From Octopus bimaculoides (lineage: Eukaryota), in assembly GCF_001194135.2 (NCBI RefSeq), contig NC_068983.1, positions 119,860,221-119,921,988 on the forward strand: DNA of 61,768 nucleotides, written 5' to 3'. Within the stretch, counting starts at the first letter, position 1. The number at the start of each line of letters is the position of its first letter. The position numbers and the translations under genes are program-made. Below, piece by piece: positions 1-14,900 of the stretch. A model generated the notes under the pieces. The model saw only the letters and a list, made by a program, of their open reading frames with translations, was not told the origin of the DNA and did not search any database.

Positions 1-77
1 TTAGTACAATAAAGCCAGACTAAATCAACAATGAAGAAAGATACTAACCATTCAATGCTCATTTTCATATATATATA

Positions 78-78
<1 letters not shown>

Positions 79-123
<45 letters not shown>

Positions 124-140
124 TGTGTATGTGTGTGTGT
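79..140. repeat. (TG)n microsatellite
   Basis: Direct observation. Confidence 0.95.
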
Positions 141-2747
141 ATATGTATGTGTATATGTGATGTTTTAAGAAACATTCCAAATTGTATAGCAAATAGGTAA
201 AGGGGGTAGTGTGCGAGTGAAAGTGCAAACTAGTTTTCCAGTTCTACTAGAAAATATTATTAACAAAGGAAAATATACATGCCAGCAAAATTTTAAAACA
301 AATGGGACAGGCATGTTTTTGACAAACTTACATATCTAAAGTACAAAAAATTACATCAGTATCCAAGATTATCAAAGATTGGAAGAGTCTCGTACTTGTT
401 GCTAAAAATTCAAGTCACAAGCTGTTTGTCATTCTGTAACTATGAAAGACTTCTTCAAATTCTGATCAACAGAACCATGTTCTAAAACTGATTCTACCTA
501 GCTGTCAAAAAAATAATGTCAGATGATAAACCTTATAGATATTCTTTCACGTAAACACACCACGTCACACTAAGGCCAGTTGTTCTTCCGGGCATACCAT
601 TCAATAGTCATTACAATGAAGAGACTGAAACAAAGATTATACAGAGTTAGCAAAAAATGCAACAATGATCCCCCAAAAAATTATGTCCTGAAATACCTTA
701 CACACCCTGTATATAAATATATAGGTATGGTGATGCAAACAGGAAAAATAGAACTTAAAATTATGAGTATATGTATATTTTTATTAATATTTAGCAGAAA
801 CAACAGAGTAACTCAAGGGTCAAGAGTTTTGTGTGCTGGCACTTATCAAATAAATGCCAATGTTTGCTAAGTACCAATACACAAAACTCTCAGTCTTTGA
901 GTCACTCTGTTACTTCTGCTAAATATTAATATACATATCTATGACACCTTATTTTTTGTACAGTTACTGTATGCCAAATTCTGCTCGTGCTATTTATCAA
1001 ATAAAGTTTATGGTAGAAAACACATGCCCAAGATGTTGCAAAGCAAGACTAAATCTGGAATGAAGTGGTGCTATTGTAAATTACATAACCATGTTGTGTT
1101 GTGAGGCATTCATAGTATGTGTGTTTGTGCATGTTTTGATGTACAGATAAGAAGAAAAAGCTTTCAAAACTTGAAGTATAAAGGATATCCATATATTTAC
1201 AACAACATTCATTGAAAGTTCTTTGTTACTAAGCAGCACAACTTGATTATGAAATAATGCCAGTAATAAAATAATAAAAAGCAAATACAAGACCTTAGAT
1301 CCAAAAATAAATATTTATTCAATGTTTTAAAAAAAAATCAAAGAATACTATTTTTCTTCACAAATTCAATATAAATTATGTCAAGTCCCAGAAGTGGATT
1401 GATTTTGTTGTCACAATTCATCTATTCTACTTAATTTTTTTTTTATATTCTGCAATCTGACATCAATAAAATGTACCCTTCATTCCCAGTGATATTTTGG
1501 CAAGACAATAAATCCCACTTTCATTTTAAATCCTTTAACTGACCCAAAACATCAAATTTGTATGCACAGGTGATAAAAGTTACTGTGATATTTACTATGA
1601 TCAAACTTTTAGAAAATACTTTTCTGATAGTAGAAGCCTGTAAATAAATACATGATGCTAGACAATTGAAAAATGGTTACAATTATCCAGTCCATTTGAT
1701 GGTTTAACTTTTTTAAGAACCATAAAAAATTAGATCTGTTTAAAATAATAACATTTACTAAATGATGAACACAGTACAAGTCAGTTTCCAATACTATAGG
1801 GGTCAGATTTTTAGCTACAGCCCTTTATTACTACTTACAAAAGAAATAGTCTCATGAAAAGGCTTTGCATCACACATTTCAAAATACCACTGAGATGAAT
1901 AATGCTGATTAGCCATTACTTGATAAAAAACAAAGATCAAATGTAAAAATTCCAATACATAAAAGATAAATAACATATCTTAAGGACAACAGTTAAGTTG
2001 CTGACTGCATTTATCCTACATGTTAGTGTGCAAGATGAATACCACATATGTAAGTATTACTGGGATCTTTCTTATCTTCTATATAAACGATTATTTCTAA
2101 AAACATTTATTCCCAATACTCATTTACTCTAAACCGCATTGAACTTGCATTGAAAACTTCAGGAAAACATCTTTTTAACTAGAGGAAGATGTTATAAATT
2201 GTAATTTTTCTGAGTAAAAGCAAATTGAGACTAATAATTTATAATAATAATAATAATAATAATAGATAAAAACTATTATGAAATATAGTCACAGATGAAC
2301 TGTCCAAATAGGTTATCTACAGTGGACATAAAATATATACATGGACTAGTGAGATTTGATATGCTTCCACAGGATATATTTCACAGTCAGTTCAAAGTCA
2401 TAAATATCTATGTTATAAAATTAATGTATTCATGAAAGATTAAATGTTATCAGTTATTCACAGTATTTATATGAGGACAAAATGTCCACAGGTGATATGT
2501 AATGCAAACACCTGACAGTCTTACATTAAGTAACAGTTGGTAATCAAACTGTGAAGAGCACCCATAAATAAATACAGTTCTTGGTTCCATAATGATCACT
2601 TAAGCAAACATATACCTGTAAAAAATGCTATCACTGTACTCAAAGGTACCAATATAGCAGAAAACCATATTTAAATGGGTTTTGAGTGAAAACTATCACT
2701 CAATTTTAAAAATATTTCAAACAAAAACTGTTCTTTCTACAGAAATG

Positions 2748-2932
2748 TTACACTTCTTGGAAGACAGCATTGTGTGTGTCTATAGTTTTCTGTGTATAGG
2801 CTGCTTTAAACACAGTAAAAGTTCCTATCAAAGACAATGCAATCATTAGATAGAACATTCCTGACCAGCCATACATTGTTGATGCAATACCAATGATTGG
2901 TCCTTCTATCACAGTACCAATGCTACCAAAGC
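2748..2932 (-). CDS. SLC37-like exon 13, terminal (FGSIGTVIEGPIIG...YGWSGMFYLMI...AVFQEV*)
   Basis: ttccag| ... TAA at 2748-2750; followed by AT-rich sequence with minus-strand AATAAA candidates (e.g. ~2106, ~1824). Confidence 0.92.
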
Positions 2933-5900
2933 CTGGAAGTAAAAATAAGTCAATTGATTATAACATTTATATATCTCAGATGTAAGTTAGAATTAAATTA
3001 GCAAACATAGACTAGACTCTGGCCTTCATCTATTTCTTTTAACTTAAGTGCAAAATTAAATTTCAAGGTCATTCCAGTAATGAATGGAATTGGTATTTTC
3101 TGAAAGCCACATTGCTACAAACTTGATATATCTCAACAAAAAAATTGTTTCAAACACGACATTCCTCAACAAAAGATAGATTGGTATATAAAACTGCATT
3201 ACATAGTTATGGGCAATGAAATTTTGAATGAATATAGCTAATCTCCACAGCAAAAGGGTTAATGCTAATTTATGTTATGTAATGTAAATTAAACCAAGAA
3301 GATGTGAAAAATTGGTGAGGAGGTAAAATTCTATGATGGTAGGGTTTGCAGAAGGGATGATAATAGATTGGAATGTCTAACACATGCCAGAATGGGAAAT
3401 AGTATCAAAATGTTGTTGTTCAACAATCGTATAAAAAACTTATTAAGGATCTACAAAGAGGTAGGTTGTAATATGAGCATAAAAATACATTTTCTGAATA
3501 GCCATCTTGACCAATTTCCAAGTAATTTAGGTGCTGTAAGTGACAATCAAGGGGAGAGATTCCACCAAGATATCAAAATTATGGAAGAATGGTACCAAGG
3601 ACACTGGGATTCTCACATGATGGCTGATTACTGTTGGTGCTTGAAAAGAGACCTGCCATCAACATGCAAATATGCTAGAGAGTCTTATAAGAGAAAATTT
3701 TTGCCAGAGTGAAAGCTTCATATCTCTTTTTTTTTTTTTATTGTAAGTCATTTCTATCATTATAATGTAAGTTTACAGTAATTTGAACTGCTTGTATTCA
3801 TGAAACTCTTTACTCTTTTACTTGTTTCAGTCATTTGACTGTGGCCATGCTGGAGCACCGCCTTTAGTCAAGCAAATCAACCCCAGGACTTATTCTTTGT
3901 AAGCCTAGTACTTATTCTATCGATCTCTTTTGCCAAACCGCTAAGTTATAGGGACGTAAACACACCAGCATTGGTTGTCAAGCAATGTTGGGGGGACAAA
4001 CACAGACACGCAAACATATACACACACAAACACATATGTATATATACATATATACGACGGGCTTCTTTCAGTTTCCGTCTACCAAATCCACTCACAAGGC
4101 TTTGGTCGGCCCGAGGCTATAGTAGAAGACACTTGCCCAAGGTGCCACGCAGTGGGACTGAACCTGGAACCATGTGGTTGGTAAGCAAGCTACTTACCAC
4201 ACAACCACTCCTACGCCTAAAACTGGAAAATAAATTTGAACACATGACTTAATTTTTTAGTCCTAATTGGAAAAATCTGGAAAATGGCACATAGGCTGTT
4301 GATAAGAATCAGGACTTGATAGAAATCAGGGCCAAGTTGAAATTTGTATTCAGCACACCCAAATTACTTGTAATCAAGTGTCAGATATCATTCAATAAAA
4401 CATGTGTTCCCCAGTGTAATGTTACTGATAGGAGTAACAGTGATGATAAAGTGGTGCTGATGGTAGAGATGATGGTTATAGCAGTGATGACAGCAATGAT
4501 AGTACTAATATTTCAGGATCTGGACAGTCTTGTCTTTCATAATCTCCTCTGTGAAGCTCACAGTCCTTACTACAGGGCCCTACCTTGAAACAACAGAACT
4601 CTCTTCTTCCCATGTTACAGTGGCATTATCCAGTTATTTGTTCAAAATTTACTGAACTGATGTCTGCCATACAGTCCAGAACTAGTCCTCATATAGCCCA
4701 GTGTTTAGTTTTGTTGTTGGATATGCTTTTACTTCATATATCTTCTTGGATTAGGGCTGAACACAGAAACCTTTACCAGTCAGAATATTCTAAAGAATTA
4801 ATCTGATGTACCATGGATTGATCAACATCATGTTTCAATTGAAACCTAATGCGGATAGTAGGATAGTTACTGAGGGTCTTTATTCAACAGATATCACACT
4901 ACTCTAGTAATAATTTGCCTCAAAATATTCTGATGAACCTTTATTACAACTCATGGAATTCAACATGATTGGTTAACTGCAAAAAATCAGATATATCCAC
5001 TCAAAATTTTCTTACTCTTTTACTATAGAAAGCAGTTTTATATATGAATCTATCTTTTGTTGAGAAATGTCATGCTTGAAACTACATTTTGCTAAGAAAT
5101 ATCAAGTTTATTGAGGTAATGTGACTTTCAGAAAATACCAATTCTATTTTTTGGAAGATATTTAACATCATTACTAGAATGACCATAAACTTTAATTTTG
5201 AAGTGAAAAGGTTAATGAGTCAATAACTAAGGAGTCCATTAGAGTAGGACTCTGTGATAAAAGTTAATCCTTTCACACAACATAGAGTTGCACTGGGCCA
5301 GCTCTTAATTCTAATTTTCATAGCATTAAATAAATACAAGGTAAAGCTCTATGATGTTAAGACACTGGCCTATTACAAATTGCTGAACCTTGAGAGTTGT
5401 AATAGGTGTGTAAGTCAACAAAATATTTTGCTTTCAATTTGTCAATTTATCCACTTATAACAGTTACCCTGCCAGTTTATATTGGGGTGAACTGGATCAC
5501 TAAAATTTAGATATCTTGTTTATTAATGCAGCTCAGTACCAGTGGCAAGACATGAACTGCCAACCCTTTAACTGATGGTCTGCTATCCAATCAAATCAGC
5601 TCCTTGAAGTGTACAGTAAATGAAACCACAAAACAATTTTAACAGATATAGCTTCCTTTATAACTAGTCATTTTTAATTGCAGATGCATTAACAAGAAAA
5701 TCTACAATATGTAAAACAGACAGGTTGTAAATGAGGCTAAAGTATCATTAATCCTAATTTCAATAGTTCTAACCTAACTCCAGCCTTTATGTGATGCTAC
5801 CTGGAAAAGTATGTAACCAGTTCTTGTCTACCTGCATAGCTATAAACTTCCCATTAACAACAGTAGAAACAATAAAGCAACCAAAGGAAACAAGATCTAT

Positions 5901-8900
5901 TTCAATTTTACTGCAACATATGACAATCACAATCTTATGTATGAAATAAAAAAAAAAACAACCATCCACATTTTGAACCAAAGAAAAAAACAACAAAAAA
6001 CAAAAATAGACTGACTGGCTCAAAAATATTTTTTCCTATATCTACTAAAAATGAAATGTTTTTTTGCACAAAATTCTTATTAGTAATGCTCTTAATTGTA
6101 TTGTATCTATCAAAAATGATCCCATCTTCTTCAATGCAGAAGTATCAATAGTCTTTTTCTCCAAAAGGTTAATTCAATACTCATTTTTAACAAAATTTTA
6201 TTCAACTTTAATCTCTTGCAATACAGTATCATTGTCATTTCTTCTGTAATTGTTTTGTGTATGTGTTTACTTCTGTCTTATAACCTTATTTCCACACTGG
6301 CAAAATGATTTGCATATTTGGATGGTTGGGTATTGTACAAAACAATTGTCATTTTAACACTTAAGTACCCCTCCTGTCTATATTAAAGATCCTAAATCTT
6401 TTATTGTAATAGTAAATAGTTTGGTATAGTAATCCTATCTGCTATAGGCACAAAACCTTTAATTTTTTTTTTTGGGGGGGGGGCTAGTTGACTACATCAA
6501 CCCCAATGCTCAACTAATACTTATTTCACCAACCCCAAAAGGATGAGAGATAAAGTCAACTTAAGTGAAATTTGAACTCAGAACATGCTGCCAAGCATTT
6601 TGTCTGTTAACTCACCACCTTTATAGTTTCATATAACAACAAATAATATAGTGTAAAATTTACAATTACAGTACTACCATTAACAATATCCCATCTATAC
6701 TTTTGTAAACTATATCTAGTCCTAGTATACTGCTAGACCTAACTTTGAATTAACTGTGAAAACAAGGAGCTTTTGCAGACAACTACTATAGAATTAATTA
6801 GAATCTAATTAAAAAGAAGATAGAATTAAAGCAAGATGTTGGTGCTTACCATTAACAAAACCTACAACAGCAGCTCCAGCATTGCGACCATTTAGTTCTC
6901 CAATCCTTGACGGTACAGCGGCTCCTGGGACAAAGATGATATATATATATATATATACATGTTTAAACCAGTGGTTCTCAACAAGGGTCCATGTGACACC
7001 TGAGAGTCCATGTAAGCAAAATAGCATATTGGGTCCACAGTAGTATTTTAAGGGTAACTGAAAAAAAATTTTACTTTCATCATCATCATCATCATCATTT
7101 AACGTCTGTTTTCCATGCTAGCATGGGTTGGACAGTTTGACTGAAAACTGGTTAGCTGAGGAGCTGCACCAGGTTCTAATCTGATTTGGCATGGTTTCTA
7201 TGGCTGGATGCCCTTCCTAATGCCAACCACTCCAAGAGTGTAGTGAATGCATGGGACATTAGATAAATGTCTTCTACTATTGCCCTAGGCTGACCATAGC
7301 CTTGTGAGCAGATCTGGTAAACAGAAACTGAAAGAAGCGCATAGCATATCATCATCATCATCGTCGTCAGCTTTAACCCTTCAGGATTTAGATTATTCTG
7401 TCAAATGTAATATTTATTCACACTGTTTTGAATTAATCTTGCATTGTCTTCTTTGTCTGAGGTTTTAATAATGTGATTGCTTATATTTAGAATAACATTG
7501 TAGTGTTGGTGTGAGAAGCCAGATCTAGCTAATTTGAACATAAAACAGGTGGAATATTTTGGCCAGATATGGCCAGTTTAAATGCTAAAGGGTTAACATC
7601 TGTTTTCCATGCTAGCATAGGTTAGATGGTTTGACTTGAGCTGGTAAGCCAGAGAGCTGCACTAGGCTCTAGTGGTCTGTTTTGGCTTGGTTTCTATGGC
7701 TGGATGCTCTTCCTAACGCCAACCACTTTACAAAGTGTACTAGGTGTTTCTTTTTTACAAGTCACTGGCACCGGCATGGATGTCTTTTATGTGTCACTGA
7801 CAATGTTGGTGATTCACTTAGCTTGATGAGTCTTCCTAAGTACAGCAAATCGCCAGAAGTCTTGGTCACTTGTCATTGCCTCCGCGAAGCTCAACAACCA
7901 AAGATCATATTTCACTACCTTGTCCCATGTCTTCTTTCCACAAGTTCCCTCTATATGTGTATCCTTGTCTAGATATCATGTAATGGTTATAAATCATCAT
8001 CATCATAAGCGAGATTGCTTGTTTCCAGTCTCCCATGAAAAATATGTCCAGGTAGGGGAAAGTATTACCTTGCTTGGAAACAGGTGAGGATTAGCAACAG
8101 GGAGGGCATCCAGCCGTAGAAAATCTGTTGCAACAAATTCTGTCTGACCAATACAATCTTGGAAAAAGCGGACTTTAAATGATGATGATGGTGGTGGTGG
8201 TGGTGATGATGATGATGATATGATGATGATGATGATGATGTACATTTCTATACTTCTTAAACTATTATCCATATTTCAATAACCCACTATAAAAGGAAAG
8301 AACACTTTACCATTCCAGTTGTGATAATCAAATCAATATATTTTGAAAATACATACAATGTATATGAAATGTATATCAGTATACAATATATGGCCCCTGG
8401 CAGCCCTAAAGAAGTAATTAATGTTTGATTTTTTCTTTTTTATATCAGAATATTTTTCTTCCCAAGAAATGCAAATCAGAGCTGAAACTTGGCCCCAATT
8501 TTATAAAGTGAAGCATCCTCTCTTGGACAGGATGCCAGTCTACTTCAGGCAACATCGCCAGATAAACTGGTATGTGAACTGAAGTGACGCAGAAACATAA
8601 TAAACATAATGTAATATCAATGTGGTTGAGTGGTTAAAAAGTTTGCTTCTCAAACACCTAGTTTTATGTTCAATTCCACTAGATACAAGGGGGTGCTGAA
8701 AAGTTCCTGGCTTTAAGGGTATTTGCAAAAGGCCTGGTTGAGGGCCAACCTTCCAAGTTCTTTTACATGGTTTAGAAAAACTGAAGGACTGCTGCAATAA
8801 ACACGTGAATCTGAGAGGGGAATATGTTGAATGAAATCTGATCCTCCTATATTTTCTTTAACCCAAAGCCAGAAACTTTTCAGTACCCTCTTGTAATACC

Positions 8901-11900
8901 CAGGATAAGTGTATTTTACTTTAACCCTGGGTCAGCCAAAGCTTTGTGAGTGAATCTGGTTAAGGGAAACTGAAAGAAACCTCTCTGAACTTACAACCAA
9001 CTGCTGAGATAGTTTTTTCACTCTTTAAATATTCAGCCACGTTGCCCCTTTTGCAGTCTATTGTTTGTATCACTATGATAAGAGCATAAGAATAAATGAG
9101 TCTTCCACACTACAACAATATTCATTCAGAATTAAGTAGAAACAAACTGACCTAATATTGAATCAGGGCCACAGTTGAATGCACCAGCAAGGAACATGAA
9201 AATATTGTTGAAATATACACCCCAATGGCTGGTCCAACTAAACATGAGAAGACTGATTGCACTCAATAGAACTGAGATTCCTGTTCCAAAAAGAGGTCCT
9301 TTGGAGAAAAATCTACAGAAAACAAAGAAAAGAATTAAAAATATTAATATTGGATCAACATTAAAGCTATTATCAGGGAGTGAAAGAACATATTTTTCTT
9401 TTCTTTCTTTCTATTATTATTATTATTATTATTAAGGTGGAAAACTGGCATGATGAGCATGATGGGCAAAATGTTTAGCGGCACTTTTCCTGTCTTTATG
9501 TTCTGGGTTCAAATGCAGGAGTCAACTTTGCTTTTCATCCTTTCAGAGTCAATAAAATAAACACCAGTTGAATACTGGGGCCGATTTAATCGACTTAGCC
9601 TCTCCCCCAAAACTGCTGGCCTTGTTTAAAAAATTTGAAACCATTATTATTATTATTCCTTCGTAACACAGTGTAGGTAAAAATGCACCGGATTCTTTAG
9701 TCATCTGTTAAGTCACAACAAGGACCCCAGATAGATAATACTTTCCTTAAGATGTGTGCTGTACCCAATAAGGCTGCTTTTTGCAAGACATCAATCTTGC
9801 ATGGGATTTCCAGTTGCCTTAAGAAGTCTTGAAGTTTCAATGGGATTGAACCCAATGCTCTGATCACCATTGGTATCATTTTTACATTACTGCATTCCAT
9901 ACAGTCTTGCCATTTCCACTTTCAATTCGGAGGTGCGTCCAGAACGATGAAACCATTCTGTTTGCCCTAGTCCAGTGCCCAAGTATTGCTGATCTGTGTG
10001 TTTATGTCGAACACCTGCTGTCGCATGTAGGATGGATCCAGCTATCAGCTGAATCCATTGTGAAGATTGCTCCACTGCTCTCTTTTGGCCGGGAGGAGAA
10101 GGCAATTTTTATTTGTCTAGTGGCTGTAGCGAAAGAGGTAGTATGGTGGACCCGTTTGAAAGGGCTAAAGACAGGCACTTTCCTGTTTGACCAAGCCCTG
10201 ATCAACTTTTTCAAGTTTCACTTGAAAAGGAAGTTGAAGGTGGAGAGTGAAGTGTTGCCTTATAGCAAGTTTGTTGAAAGGTGGGTGAATATTGGAAGAA
10301 TGGCCAGTGTGAAAGGACCAATTCTGAGCATGCACCTGTAAACCAAAGAAGGGCTCTTGCTCTGTTGTTCAGGTACCTGTGGCTTTTGTGGGTTTTTCCA
10401 CGAGGTCCTTAAAGCGCCTCCTCTATTGGGAGTTTTAAATTGTTTAATTTTTAATCATTACATATATTGTTTACATGTTGTAAAACCCATTGCATCGTCC
10501 TGTTTCTGTTGTTGTATGTGTTTTGATGTAATTTTATGTAAGCCCTTGTGACCAATAAACAAATTAATTATTATTATTATTATCATCATCATCATCACTG
10601 TCATCATAGTTCCTTTGATATCGGTTAGATAAGAAATATCAAGCGACAACCAGTAACCTGGGACAGGCATGGTAGTGTAATGTTATGGTTCAACAATTTC
10701 CTACAAACCACACCCTACAATCTCAAAGAGAGAAAGAACGCATTAGAATCTAATGTGTTCTTTTCAGGTTATCATAGGTCTATGTTATCTAATGATTAGA
10801 TAAGATAGACCGAAGATAACATGAAAAGATGGCTGTAAAGGCTTTAATCAGAGGTCACTCAATCAGGATTGATCCTGGGGTAAACAACAACCACTGACTA
10901 ACACTTTTTTTTTATCCATTTTACAATTGTTGTGGTGGTTGCCCACTTCTTTCTTCAACCCACATGAAATGCCTGTCTCTTTCACTTGTCAGCCCTACTC
11001 AAAACTTGTAATAAACATTCTGTTCAATTCCAGATTTTACTGTACACACATTTTTCCCTACTAACACCACGGTACAGAAGTTCAAACTGAACATCAACTG
11101 CAATCATATCGCTAGTTTAGATGGGTGTGTAAAAGTTGTGGTCACTGTTTCTTCTTTGATTATTTAATCATATAGTATTTTCAGATCTAAATTTTAAGGC
11201 AATTTCAAATCAGCATATGTACCTATGTATAACAGCACACATGTATCTCTATTATTGATGTTGTTGCTGTTTAGCACCAAATCAGCTCTGATGAAGCAGG
11301 CTTATGATCAAAGATATTCTGGCTGTGACCATTTGGGACTACATTGCTCAATACCTCTTTTCCACTTTTGAGATGGTAGGGTGTGATTTGAAGAAAATAT
11401 GTTTGTTATTTCTGGCAAGGTCGTTTGTTAGCTCATGTGTCTATGTACACATGTATGTCTGTGTTTGCTTACATGATTGTCTGAGATTGTGCACACGTTT
11501 CTCTGGGTTTGTGTACACATGTATGTCTGTACACACTGTCTCAGTTTGAGTACACATGTATAAATGCACAGATGGAAGAATGTACTTCCCAGACTCAAGT
11601 TATACATGTTATTTATCTGAGCATCTGTTAATTACAATATTAAGCATATACAGCAGTTGAATAATACAGCTAAGTACAATATGAAGAAATAAAAATTACT
11701 TGCAACCCACCTGTCCATGACAAAACCAATCAAAGCACTTCCTAATACACCACCAACTTCAAAGGCAATAGAGAAAATACCAGCTTTACTTTTAGAATAC
11801 TTCAGCTAGAAAGAAAACCATAAAAGAGAAGAGAATATGAAATAAAATAAGAGGAAAGGCAGCAGGGAATTTTTAAATACTGATTTTTTACATCTTATTC

Positions 11901-14900
11901 TAATTCATACAGTCATTTATATTTTATTTCTATATTTTTGCTTTTTAACTTTAATGTTTATGTATTTTGATTAATATATTTATTTTTATTTCTATGTTCA
12001 TTTTCTCATGCTTACATGGGCTCGATGAGTCTTCTCCAACATGGTATCTCACTACTTGTAATCCCTTATTTCCTTTTTGAGGTTCAACCCCTTGAGATAA
12101 GATTTCACCACTTCTTTCCATATATCTTCCATGGTCTTCCTCTTCTGCAGGTTCCCTCCAGCTGGCCACATCTTAACCCTTTCATTATCAACCTGGCTGA
12201 AACTGGCTCTGGCTACAAATGTCTTGTTTTCACAAGTTTTGAATTAAAATCTTCCACCAAACCTTAGTCACAATTTATGTTCCTAACACTAACTGAATGA
12301 TAACTAAGTTATTTTACTAAATTCTTTGTTATGTTTAAAGTAATTGAAAGAAACACAGAGCATTTCAAAATAAATACAATAACAAAAGGCTTAAGTAAAC
12401 TCTCATCTGCCATATTTATGCAGTATCTTCTCTTACATCCTAAATCCGATTCCTTTTATATTCAGTTCTTCTCACTTTTCCTTTGTGTTCCTTCATTCAT
12501 GCACACTAATGCAAGACATCCAGTAGTACACACTCACCTCATTTCTTTCCAGCTTTTGCACCCTCTGCCACTGTTAACCGGGTTACCAAGGTAACACATT
12601 CTAATGACTTAAATAACATTTGAAAGAATATATTTCATAAATGTTCTTACTGCCAACAACTGTGCATCTCCTACATATGAAGATTTCCTTTTCTGTCAGC
12701 TTCCTAGTGATCCACTATATCCCTTGTCTGCCCACGGTTAACAATAAGTACACTATATGTTATTCCTGACAGTTTTGTTTCTGCAAAACCAGAAAGGCTA
12801 CTTCCTAAAAAGGCAGTTGAGTCCTGTCATCTTTCCTACTAAAACTTCTGTTTTAACCAGATTTACTCAAGGCCTCCCAATTCTATGCTCTCAATTCTCA
12901 AGATCTTTCACAGATTCAGATATGGAAACTTAGTCATTAATATATATAGGAAGTTCCCTTGGACAGCTGGTCTTACACACTTTTGTAACAGTGTGGAGAA
13001 CTACAATAAACAGGAGACTGTTGAGAACTGACCCTTGATGGACACCTACCTGTATGTTAAATTCCTCACTGTACTTGTTAACTCTCATTTTGCAGATGGT
13101 ACCTCAGTACAAGATTCGCACAGATCTCACAAACTATTTAACAATATCCCATTTTCTAAACACATACCAGTTTGTAAAGCATTGTACTAAATGAACAGCC
13201 TTCACATCAAATTATACTTGGTATAGTGATTTGCTATTTACAAAGAACTTCTCGTGTAGTTGTTTCACAATAGAGTATTAGTGGTACTCCGTTACACACA
13301 AACCCAAACTGCATCTCAACTCACTTCTTTTCCTAATCAATTGTGCTATAGATTTCTTACTTTCATAACTTAGTCCATCAATATGAGACATCTGTGGCTG
13401 CCACTTTCTAGGAATGTCAATTGACTATGCATTTTAGTAGAGCACGCTCCTTACTTTGCTAGATATTTTCAGCATTTCTGCAATTATCACTGATACTCTA
13501 GCAGCTTCTTCTGCCATGAGATCCTTAATTGCACAGTAAACTCTCAGAGTTGGTCCCACTGTTGCATCTACTTGGAAAGTTACCTCACTTCCATGTATTT
13601 TCCTCATTCAGCAATATATCATAGTAACATCTCCAAGTGAAGGAAAGTATGCCACTATCATTTCAAACGTATTTTTCCAATAAAGTCTGATTCCTACTGA
13701 TACACTGTCTTGCCATCTAAAACATCTCATATCTGATTTTTTTTTTCATTGTAGAACATTACATTCAGTTTCTATCCATACCATGTACACCAGCTCTTTT
13801 TGCAACCTAATATTGCTCCCTGCTCTCCACTTTCTTCCAGTCTAACTGGGCCTGTCACTTAGTTTTATGGCTTTATATGCTGTACTACATCATCACTGTA
13901 TTACATAACTGGAGAATATTACATGTTGGTGCAGAGTATGCCATTTACTTGTACTTTGCACCAATTACAACACATTATCTCATAAAAACTCCAAACAATC
14001 ATGTATGTTATAGGTTTTTGTTGCACCCTTGCTAAGTATACCTGACATATAGCCTCTCTTCTAGCTACTTGGTATTGCTTTTTGCTTCCCTTATTCTTCC
14101 ACTGTTTCTAGGTCTGTCTATTAGCTTTTAGTGCTATCTACAAAACTATTTTACCACCATGCCAACTTCCATTTAGCTGAGACCTTGCACCAGCTACATA
14201 TCCTGTTTCTCACAATCAGTTAACCACCCAGAAAAATTCATACCTTTGTTTTTTTGCCTGACAAGAACCTAACTGAAGTTTCCTTTGTTCTTATGTTTTG
14301 TATAAAACACACATTACCTGCTTGAGTTCCAGCAACTTCACAATCTCTCCTGACCTACTTTCATAATACTGATGTTGGTGGTAGTAACAATCACAGTGAT
14401 GTGAAGTTAGTGAAATAATATGGGGCTCTAGCACTGGCACTGGACTTTGATTATGAGATCAGTAATATGTAAACAATAGGATGTGAAGAAACTAGTGCTG
14501 GTCTGTTAGCAAATAGTATAAAATGTTCAAAAATGAAATAAATTCATTTTCCATGAGCTAGCATTTTGGCAGGACCTTTTGTCATAGAGCAAATGTTTTC
14601 TAATGGTACTGACTAAATAAATTATGTAAGAGAAAGAAAAAAGGTCAATAGTTGAGTGTCTTAACTCTATAGTCATTGAGCTCCATATCTAAGCAGACAA
14701 ATTTCTTGACAGGAATTGAATAACATACCTCCTAGTCAGTTGACAAACATACAAAATAATACTTTATGGCATATCAACAGCAAGAATCTAAAATCCAGTA
14801 TCAACATGTCAAATCACTTAACTCAGTGAACACTACTGGCAAATGACATTGGAACCCAACAATAAAGAGAAAAATCATATAAAATAATCTTACCTCATTA

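Noticed and set aside
3971-4252. Recurrent 60-120 aa ORFs such as MVVKQCWG..., MSSNVGG..., WLALGRASSCRN...
   Set aside because: Chance frames of SINE and LINE-tail copies
4500-4980. GC-elevated, coding-looking segment in intron 12
   Set aside because: No sustained frame with paired splice sites on either strand; probably an old TE that I cannot classify
5787-6023. Possible extra transporter exon
   Set aside because: Exons 12 and 13 already join in frame with a continuous motif (GFVNG-FGSIG); no family similarity
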